A stretch of 64,000 nucleotides of DNA from Octopus vulgaris (lineage: Eukaryota), in the NCBI GenBank assembly GCA_951406725.2, contig OX597834.1, positions 23,374,001 to 23,438,000 on the forward strand, written 5' to 3'. The position numbers and the translations under genes are program-made. Under the pieces are notes generated by a model. It worked only from the letters and a program-made list of their open reading frames with translations. It did no database searches and was not told the DNA's origin. Position 1 is the first letter of the stretch. The number at the start of each line of letters is the position of its first letter. This document shows positions 15,501 to 27,193 of this stretch, piece after piece.

Positions 15501-18500
15501 AAAGGAAGAACACACTACTCAGTGATGGAATTCGGGATAGAGTATTTCTGAAAACAAGACTGGAGGATCATGGTTGGAGTGTCTTTGATCAGGACTGACC
15601 TGGGGCTAAACAATAACAACAACACTACCTAGTCATTGTGTGTTGTGGGGAGGGTCTTTAGCAGGGTTGACCCTTTTGTGAGAGCCTCCTGTTCCCTATC
15701 AGTCATTCTTTTATTCCCTTACACCCATCATTCTACTACTCTGCCATACCAGTCATACGTGTGGCCCTGTACCATTGTGATGAACGTGGTCATAAATACA
15801 ACAATGATGGTGATGATGATGATGATGGCATACAAATTAGTTGTCTTATATATTGATAGTGATGATGATGATGATTAAATATAATGATGTTAATTAATTG
15901 CAATGACAATGACGAGGACATGCTAATTGGATATAATGATGTTGAAGATGACATGCAAACATAGTGTTGATGATGATATTCTAATTAAATGCCATATACT
16001 TTGATGTTAATGAGGATGAAAATTAAATGTAATGGCTATGAAATTTAATTAAATATTTTATAATGATTTTGATGATAACATGTAAATTAGATGCTTTTAT
16101 ATGTTTGATGATGGTAATTGTCTTGTGAGGAGGAGGATGACCAGCTAATTATACATAATGATGTTGATTATGCTATGAAAATTAGATATTTTTCATGGTG
16201 TTAACGATGATATAATAATGGTGACATGTTAATTAAATAGTTTCCTATCAATGCTAAAGCCATCAATATATCATTGCTGTTGTTATTATTGTTAATATAT
16301 CATCTTCGTTATTGTTATCCTACTAATGAAACCTGTTTCTTGTTGCCAGGTGGCCTGTGGATTGAACCATTCATTGTGTGTGTCTAAAGATGGATCCACA
16401 GTGTGGGCGTTTGGTGATGGAGACTACGGCAAACTTGGACTTGGCAATTGTGCTGCTCGCTCCCTACCGACCAAAATCGAACTCCTCCAGGGTCAGACAA
16501 TCAAAAAAGTGTCCTGTGGGGCCCAGTTCTCCATTGCACTCACCAAAGATGGCAAAGTATTCTCATGGGGTCAAGGTATGGATTTCCCATCAAACCCTTT
16601 GCATTCACTCATTTCTTCATGTTTCACCTTTGCAGCATGCCTGTCATTCCATGCACCAGTGAGAGCTTCTTTGTGGTCGTACTACCTGGTAAAAATAGCA
16701 GCTGAATCCCCTTCAAATTACATGCTACTACCTTAGAAAAGACCATCCTCATCATTGTATTAGCATCTACTTTTCCATGCTTGTATGACTCCGATGAAAT
16801 TTATTGAGGCAGATTTTCTGTAGCTGGATGCCCTTCCTGTTGCCAACCCTTATCTCTTCCCAAACAAAGTAGTACTTCCCCATGGCCAGACTTGTTTTCC
16901 ACAGAAAACTAGAAATAAACAACATTACTTGTATGATGATGATGATGCTCATTTGCATGATTCCAAGACACAGGCACACACACAGACATAAGCATATGTA
17001 AATATACATACACATACAAATGCACAGACAAACATACACATACTTATATAATGGGTTTCTTTCAGTTTCTGTCTACCAAACTCATCGAAAAGGCTTTGAT
17101 CAGCCTGGGGCAATACTAGCAGACAAGGTGCTGTGCAGTGAGACTGAACCTGAGACCATATAGTTGAGAAGCAAGTTTCATTACCATTCTGCCATACCTG
17201 CACCTCAACCAAATGTGATAATGTGGGACCAGCTTTCCCTGCATTTAGGCAGAAGATGAGATGGTCATAACTGGAATGTATTTGAACTGACACTAAATAA
17301 CCACTGCCACCTCCACCAACAACTATGCCAAAATTCCCTCAATCTAGTTATTCTTCCATTCCCTTCCTCTAGTCATTTTACTATTCTATCACCAGTGGAT
17401 GGTCAAAGAGAAAACCTTAATCTCACTCTTGAGTTCTAATATTCTGTTTGTTTGTTTGCCTAACCATAACATCCCTCTTCTTTTTCTCCTCAGATCGATT
17501 CATTGGTTTACCGGAGCCATTGTGGAGAAACCATACGAAACCTCAGCAGATTCCAACCCTTGCTGACTTCTTCATAATAGACATCGACGTTGGCTCTGAA
17601 CACACGATTGTCCTGAGCAACGAAGGTGATGTATGGGTGTGGGGCAGCAATGCAGAAGGCCAGCTGGGAAATGGCACAACAAATAGCATCCGAGAACCAC
17701 AGAAGATTGCAGAACTTTCTGGCAAAAATATCAGACAAGTATGTAAGATTATTTCATATTGATTTAGTACAGTTGATCTCAGTTTAGTTAAACTACACTC
17801 AGTGCAGTTTAGTTGAACATGGTTCAGTACAGTTTAATTGATCCCAGCTCAAATGAGCTTAGTTCAGTACAGTGAAGTTGATCTCAGTTGAATTGAACTA
17901 CACTTGGTGCAGTTCAGTTGAACATAATTCAGTGGTTCTCAACAATTTTTTGCCTTTGAACCCCTTTGATTCCTATTTTATTCCACTGTACTGCCATAAC
18001 CATTTAGTGTATATGAAAAAAAAGTCCTTCTGTTTTATTGTTTTTTTATTGTTAAATATTGTTAGGAAACGTATTGAAAAAGAATTGTTAAAATATTTTG
18101 TGCATTGTAGAAATATAAAACATAAAACGTATATTAGACACACCCCAATATTCAGAAAAAAAAGTCTTTAGTGCATAAAAGCAGGTAATATAGGCCCAGC
18201 TTTGCATAGAGGTCCCAGAGTGATTTTTTTGAGACATTTTTTTTAAGGAAATGTATGTTTTATATAACCTTCAAGTACAACAACAAAACCCGGATTTCTT
18301 TATTTGCAGATTTCTGCTGGTCGCACGCACAGTGCTGCGTGGACAGCACCTCCTCCGGTGAAACATACCCCTGGCAGTGCCACAGACCTACAACTGGGCA
18401 CCCCAGAGAGCATCCCTCCCCAGTATGCCTTAATTAAAGAGAACAGTATCGAGGATATTCGGCTACGTCTCAACTTACTTCATCGTTTCTCCAACTTGAT

Positions 18501-18790
18501 GTACACTTCATGGCGACTCTTCAATTTGATACCAAATCATGTAAGTTACAGCCTTCGTCTTTGTCTGTTGGGTTGGTCTGTTTGACTGACTGTCTTGATA
18601 CCAGAATCTCTCTCTCTCTCTCTTCCTAAATATATATATATACAAATGTAATTTTTTCTCAAGTAAATTGTACTTCATATTCAAGGCTCTGATGAAGCTA
18701 TAAGGTGTTGCTGAGGTACTCATCAGAAACAACAGTAAGATAATGAAGTTCATAAGACAGTCATTTATTCCTTCATCATCTCTCTTTCTG

Positions 18791-18824
<34 letters not shown>

Positions 18825-21635
18825 ATCATGTGATAGTATCAACTTTATAATTCATTCACTTGGGGCACCCTAGCTGGTGTTAACAGAATGATTGTCACAG
18901 CTTCCCATATCACTTGCTGATTATTCTATTGTTTGTTTTATTTCCTTGTGCAGGGTGACACAAGTTACTTTGATCTTGGTTTAAACGGTATCCTCAGTGG
19001 CTCTATGAGGCCCCTGCTCTCACCCCAGGTCTACACATTACCAATGGTACGGTCACTGGGCAAGACTATGGTGCAGGGCAAGAACTTCGGTCCCTTGGTG
19101 ACTGTGAAGAGGTTACCAACAAGGTGAGTGTTTATTTGTATATGTAAAAAAAAACTGGGGGATGGGATGGAGGGAGGGGGTCTAGCTGTGGACTGTGGTG
19201 GGGAGGGAGGCGATGGATGAATTGCTCTGTGCGTCTGTATGTTTGTATGTGGGTATATGGTGATGTATTATGTGTGTGTGTGTAACACTGGATGTATTGC
19301 TGTGTGTTGGACCTGATGGAAGTATTGTTGTTGTGTGTGTTGTGCTGATTAAATGTGTGTGTGTGTGTGTGTGTGTATTGAAAAAGAGAAAAAGAGAGAT
19401 AAAGTATTTATGAAGACAGAATATCAAGCAGCAAGGATTTCTCTCCATCAAGTAATAAACTGTCTACACAGTACTTACTACATACTGTCGGTAGACAGCT
19501 GGAAAAGGTGTTTTCCTGGGGGTTAAAACAACAGTAACACCATCCTTCATAGGACTTCCACATTCTGTTGGCTTATAACCATTACTACCCGGTACTGTTA
19601 CTGTATATCTCTCGCTCAGAGATTTAAAACGGTACACACACACACACACTCACTCACATATATACTATATACATATTACACTTTAAACATCCACGCTTCA
19701 CATTTACACTATATGCAATACACAGTTCTTTGAATATAGCCTCAACTAGGGGTTAATGTCCTTAGCTTTTCAGAGTCACAGCCTTAACTTCTCCAATGTC
19801 TACTGCATCTCCCACTGGTGAGGGGTTCATTGCCCTAACTGTCCCAATGTCTACTGTGTCTTCCCTTTGGGATCACCTCCCTACCTACCCCAATGTCTAT
19901 TGTGGTTTTTTCCCAGGGTCATCTCCCCATCTGGCCCAATGCTTGCTGTGTCTTCCCTTAGGAGTCGTCTCCCTATTTGCCCTAATCTGTATTTTCTCTT
20001 CTCCCAGAGGTAAGAAGTGTAAACCCATCTTCGTACAAGTGGCTCGGCAGGTTGTGAAGATGAAACCTGAAGAACTGCGTCTCCCTGCCAGGGCCTGGAA
20101 AGTGAAATTAATCGGAGAAGGGGCCGACGATGCTGGTGGAGTGTTTGATGACACCATCACCGAGATGTGCCAGGTATGTATATATAAGTGTGTGTGTATA
20201 CACGTATGTAACTAAGTGCGTCACCCCATCACATAAGTGTGCCAGGTGTGTGTGTGAGTCATGTGTTGAGTATTCATCTCGCGATTATAAGGTTGTGAGT
20301 ACGATTCCCAGTAGGGCATTGTGTTCTTGAGCACTTTATTTCATGTTACTCCAGGCCATTCAGCTGGCAAAAATGTGTAATACATGTAATTCAAAGGGGC
20401 CAGCATTCTCACTTTCTGTGTCTCACTGAATCTCCTGAGAACTAAGTTAAGGGTGTGTGTTTGTCTGTGGAGTACTCAGCCATTTGCACGAGAATTTCAT
20501 GAGCAGGCTGTTCCGTTGATCAGATCAACTGGAACTTTCATCATCATAACCGATGGAGTGCCAGTGTGTCACACCGTCACATTGATGTACCAGATACGTG
20601 TGTGTCTGTGTGTCATACAATCCTGAAATGTGTCAAGTACATCCCAGTGAAAGTGATAGGGAAGAGAGTGTAAATTTATGACAACTTAACATCTCTTGCT
20701 CTCAGATATTCCACAATATATAGTGTCTATCAAGTTTCAATTAGTTTTTAATGGCACCTGAGGCAAGAGTCTTCTACTGTAGCCTTGGGCCAACCAAAGC
20801 CTTGTGAGTAGATTTGGTAGACGGAAACTGCAATAAGCCCATCGTATATATAGGGTGGGTGACCCCCTTCAGTCATGAATGACCATGGGATTGCACCTAG
20901 AAAGTTCCTCTCCGAGGCACAAGTCCGGCCAAGGTTGTTTATAGAAGACCAACAGTGGCCCATATGTACCAGCCTCCCATCTCCATGCCACTGATGTTAT
21001 CCAAAGGAGAAGCAAAATCCGACACAGCTTGGCACCATTGACATTGCAACTTATTTCTACAGCTGAATGAAATGGAGCGACATGAAATAAAATGTCTTGC
21101 TCAAGAACACAACACGCAACCTAGTCCAGGAACTGAACTCATAACCTCACGATCATAAGCTCAACACTCTAACCCACTGTGCCCATGCACCTATATATGT
21201 GTGTATGTATATATTTATGTGTGTGTGTCTGTGTTTGTTTCCCCATCATTGATTGATAACTGATGTTGGTATGTTTACGCCCCTGTAACTTAGTGGTTCA
21301 TCAAAAAAAGACCGATAGAATAAGTACCAGGCTCACAAAGAATAAATTCCGGCGTTAAATTCTTCAACTAAAAAACTCTTTAAGGTGGTGCTCCAGCATG
21401 ACCACAGAAACAAGTAAAAGAATAAAAGAAAAGAATAAACAGCCAAAGACTTTTTTTTGTATATCTTTTTCAATCTCTTTATTTTTTTCCAATTCTTCCA
21501 GGAACTCGAGAAAGGTTTTGTACCATTACTGATTCTGACCCCGAATGAACGGCATGAGTCCGGAAACAACAGAGATAGGTAAGACCCAACCTTGTGTATA
21601 GCCATGTTTGTATTAATGTGCATGCATGTGTGTGT

Positions 21636-21686
<51 letters not shown>

Positions 21687-23385
21687 ATCATCATCACTGT
21701 TTCACTTCCCTTGTTCCATGCCATCATGAGTTAGACTGTTTGATAGGAACTGATGAACCAGAAGGCTACAGCAAGCTCCAATGTCTTCTTTGGCATGATT
21801 TCCATATCCTGGATGTCCTTCCTAATACCAACCACTTTACTGAGTATTTCAGGTGCAGTTTTTCATGGCACCAACACTGGTGAAGTCACCAAGTACTCGC
21901 AAAACAAGAACACCCTCAACTAAGTGGGGGAATAGTTTTGAAAGGTGTAAAAATAGGATAGAGGGACAGGAACAGATGTCTTGTCAAAGAGGAGAATAAA
22001 TGTCTTCCCCAGCTGTTTGTGTGTGTGTGTGCACATCTCCCTCTTTCTCTCTCTCTCTCTTTCTCTCGCCACACACACACATCAGCTTCATTTTATGTCC
22101 ATTCTCCATGCTCTTATGCTCTGCAAATGTTCAATGGTATGTCTCACTGAGATGGGGCAGACAACTGCATCTTGTTTCTGTTTCATTTTTGACATAGTTT
22201 CTGTGGATGCTCTTACTTACAGCATCTGCTTGATTTTTTCGTGGCACAAAAGGAATAGTTATGTCCTTGACACAACGAAAGGAACCTTTCGATCCCAATC
22301 TCTACTCTCCAGCCTCTTTATATATATATGCATGCATGTATATATGTGAATATATATGTGTACATATTACATGTACATCCATATATATATATACATCTAC
22401 ACATATACATGTATACATATACATCTATATGTATAGAAATAAATGTATACATGTACAGCTATACACACATACACACACACACACACCACACATACATAGG
22501 TGCAGGTTTGGCTGTGTGGTAACAAACTTCATTCCAAAACACATGGTCCTGGGTTTAAATTTAAATTTAAAGTAATAAGGGTGAGAAATTGAATATTAAT
22601 TTGATTAATATGAATTGAAAACCAGTGGTGTAGCATATAAGACCATAGCGGATCTTCTTCTAGCAAAATGGATGTCCACTGTTAATGGTTCATCCCTCTT
22701 ATATAATAGTTTGACTTTAATAGTTTCAGTATTAAAGTGAAAGTATCTGACATTACAATAGAGAGATGTTTTTGTTTCACTTTTAACACATAATACTGAA
22801 ATAGTGGAGAAGATATGATATTGCTCTGGGCTCGACCTAGGCAAGAAGTTAGAAATTTTTTGCCCATGACACTACATGGACCCTAAGTAAGGCATGTGTA
22901 AAATTTGAAAGAAATTAGTTGTGTAGTTCTCAAGTTTTAGGGATTCATAGTAGAGAAGATATGATATTGCTGTGGGCTCGCCCTAGGCAAAAAGTTTAAA
23001 AAATGTTTTGCCCATGACACTCCCTGGACCCTAAGTAAGGCATGTGTAAAATTTGAATGAAATTGGTTGTGTAGTTCTCAAGTTTCAGGGATTCACACAA
23101 ACAGACAGACAGACAGACAGACACACATTCTCAGTTTTATATATATAGATATATATATAAAATAATTTTTGTGTCTTTTTTTCCATGATAGCATGGGTTA
23201 GATGAATATAATTGTGGTGTTTTCCAGCCAAATGCCCTTTCTGTCAGTAACCTCTATCTTTGCTCCACACATCTTTGAAGGTGCAAACCAGCAGATGATT
23301 TTTTTCACAGAGCAAATGATCGCATTTTCACTGCTTGTGTTGCTCAGATTTTCAGAGAAGTGCAAATCACACATATGTATGTGTT

Positions 23386-23432
<47 letters not shown>

Positions 23433-24425
23433 CTATGGTTACAGAACAAACAAATACAAGGTCATCCACGTTTAAACCATATTTTAATATATTTGTCTCA
23501 TTTAATTGAGCACTTCTATAGCAGTCCTATTAAACATTTTGTTCCTGATAAGATACCATCACTGTATTATTGAGATATATATATATATATAGAACTGGGT
23601 GTCTGTCAGTCGTGCAATTAAACCATTTGCTGAAGGAGGATCTCGACCTGCAGATTGGTTCTCTCAAAAGGTAAACTTGAACTTTGCACAATTTTTCATT
23701 TTTTATGCATATATATGTACACGCATAATTTCTCCATTTCTCCACCGTCCCCCTTAAATATCCCTTTATTATTATGTGCTGATAATTTCTCCATGTTACT
23801 ACGATAATTTTGCCCGTTCAAGTCCTCGCCCTCCCCTCTATCAACCTTCGCGAATTCGCGGTGCACCCGCCCTTGCCCACCCCCACCACCAATACCGGAT
23901 ATCTCTATATTTTGCTCCATCTATACCGGATGTCGCTTCTCCCACCACCATTATGGGTGTCTACTCCTCGAACCCCCTTCTTCAATACGCTATTTCACCA
24001 TGTATTACCCCTCTCGTGATATCCTACGTTCTACTTGTCTAGAACCTGTCATCGTTTCTCCGAACACCCCTCCCCACTGGTGCTCCCCTATATTCCTGCA
24101 CCCTCCCCCCCACATAAAAAGCACCATCCGAACGTGGCCGATGCCAGCACCGCCCCGACTGGCTTCTGTGCAGGTGGCACATAAAAAGCACCAACCGACC
24201 GTGGCCGATGCCAGACCCCTCTGGCACCCGTGCTAGCGCGGAAAACGGACGTTAAACGATGATGATGATGATGATGATGATGATGATATATATATAGACA
24301 TGAACACACACACACACACATATATATATACATACATACATACACACACACACACAATATAAGAATAAGGGAAAAGGTAGCACAACAAAGAAACATACAG
24401 AAAAGCAGGAAAAGCACACACACAA

Positions 24426-24469
<44 letters not shown>

Positions 24470-27151
24470 CTCAACACCTTCATCAGTTACCAACCAAATA
24501 TCATCACCTTCTTATAAGAAGGTGATGTTATTCAATTTGGTGGTGTCAGCAGCATTGAGTGGACATAATAGATGAACATGAACAGAGAAGATCAGACAAC
24601 TCCACACACAAACACCCTCATACTCAGTGTTGATCGTACCTTTCACATCTCTCTCTAGATTCCTGCTAAACCCATTGTTATCTTCTGAAGAACACATGAA
24701 TATGCTGAAGTTCCTTGGGGTATTGTTTGGTGTTGCCATCCGTACCAAGAAACCGTTGGACCTCCATTTAGCTCCCTGTGTCTGGAAACTTCTGGCTGGC
24801 ATGGCGCTAGACATCAGTGATCTGGAAGAAGTAAGTATCTCTACTTCCATATTAACTGCCCTATTAACTGTCCCTTATTAGGGAACGTCAGAGGTGGCAG
24901 GGTTGAAGATAGGGCTTCAAACTCCTAGTGAATAATTACTATAATTTTTCTGATGATTAATCTCATTTTTAGAAATGAAAATAAAAGTGTTTTCTATTTA
25001 CCCCTTCATTATGTTTCAAATGAAGGTGTGTGGCTGAGTGGTTAGGGTATTTGGCTTACAGTCATAAGGTCGTGAGTTCAATCCTCAGCCAAGCATTGTG
25101 TCTTTGAGCAAAACACTTTATTTCACATTGATCCAGTCCACTCAGCTGGCAAAACTGAGTTGTACCTGTAATTCAAAGGGGCCAGTCTTGTCACGTTCTG
25201 TGTCATGCTGAATTTCCCTGAGAACTACATTAAGGTTACTCTTGTCTGTGGAGTACTCGGCCACTTGCACATTAAAACATGAGTAAAGAAACTTCTTGAA
25301 GACGTTGAACTGGTGAAATTGTTAAGAGGGTCTCATAAAATGCTTTATGACTCTTTACATTCTGGGTTCAAACCCCACCAAGGTCAAATTTGTCCTTCAT
25401 CCCTCCAGGGTTTGATTAAATATAGTCCCACTTATGGGGTCATGGTGTGGTGGAATCATTAAAGTTTAGACAAAATGTCTTGTATTTGATATTGGCTGTC
25501 TCTGTTTATGTTTGGAGTTTTTCTGTGATGACACTGGGGTCAATCTGTGTCAGTCTTTTTCTTTCTTTTGGGTAAGAACAGCAGAGAGAGGGGACAACAT
25601 CAGTGGTGTGAAGGGAGTACACTTGCCAAATGGGGGCAAATAATGGGTTTCCTTGGGAAACTCTGACCCAACATGAACCCAGGAAAGAAACTTGGCAGGT
25701 GGAGATACAATGGTCATCCTTGGGCAATACAGGGCTCTATATCTCTATTATCTTCTGCAGGTAGACAATTTCTTTGTCCAAACCATGGCTTGTATTTCAG
25801 GTGGGGCAGGGATAATGTTGTGAAAAATCCAGGTAAAATGTTATATCATACATCTGTCTGCTAACATTCCAATTATCTTTTGCAGGTAGACAATTTCTTT
25901 GTCCAAACCATGGCTGGGATTCGGAACATTCAAGAAAGTGGTGTCAATGAAACAAATTTTCATGAAGTATGTCATTTTTGTTTGTTGATTTGGCTAATAC
26001 AGAATAGGCTGTGGTATATAGTGTGTTGCATTACAGCACAGGTACATCAGCTGTTGCGATCGATACTACGCATACACAAGAAAAATGCATGGTGTCTCAA
26101 ATTTAGGTTAAATCAGTGTTTCTCAAAGGGGAGGCCTATGGGACGGTTGGACAAGTTGTTTTGAGAAAATTTGGTTTAAATGTTTGACAACTCAGCACCG
26201 TCCATCGGACGGGGGGACGTTTTGTTCGTGTGTATATATATATATATACATAGTTATTTTTGGAGCATGTAATGACACACGTTTTTCTTTGGACAATCAG
26301 TTCCTCCTCTACACTTTTTCCTCTTTCCAACAAAGAACCATGTTCAGTCATTTCTATTCCTATTTTCCCATTTAGAACTTTCACTGATTGTCGGTCTAAT
26401 ATATTCACTGCATGTTTGCCCAATTGGCTTTTGTTGTTTTTTCCTGTCTTTTATTTTTGATTTGCCTATCTATCCTTTCACATGTTTCAGTCATTTGACT
26501 GCAGCCTTGCTGAAACATTGCCTTAATATATGTGTATATATACAAGGGAAAGTCAAAAATTATACACACTCTTGATTTTTCAATGTATTTACATGAAAGC
26601 AGGGGACAAACAAGTCCATCATTTTTCTGTATAGCCTCCTTCCTTTTCAGTGCACTTGGTCCAGCGGTCCACAAGCTTGTGTATTCCCTACATGCAACCA
26701 TTTATGCACTGCTTTTTTCACATCTTCATCCATAGGAACTCACTGACTTTGTAAATCCTCTTTGAGCTGTCCAAAGTATGATAGTTGGAAGGGGCAAGAT
26801 CTGGCCATTGTCATGCAACAACAAAACTTTCTTTGACAACAGGCTTTGGCATTTGGTGCGAATTGCTGGCTTCAGTTTGTTGGCCAGCAAAGCACTGTGT
26901 CGTGTCTTGCACCCCTTTTCCAGAGAAATTGGATCACTGCTCTTTGTTCTTCTTTGGTGCACATTGCTAGTGGAGTGGCCATGCTTACACTGGAAATCCA
27001 GAAAAAAAAAGTCGTGCGATCAGGCACAAACTTTGATCAGATGACCACAATAGTACCCACTATAAGCATGCATGCACAGAAGGTAGTGTGACAATAATAA
27101 AGATATGCTATAGTGAAAGTGCGGATAACTTCTAACTTCCCCTTGTGTGTA

Positions 27152-27193
<42 letters not shown>

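Noticed and set aside
18685-18740. Hammerhead-like CTGATGA...GAAAC..GTA
   Set aside because: Stems I-III do not pair convincingly; at best a decayed relic
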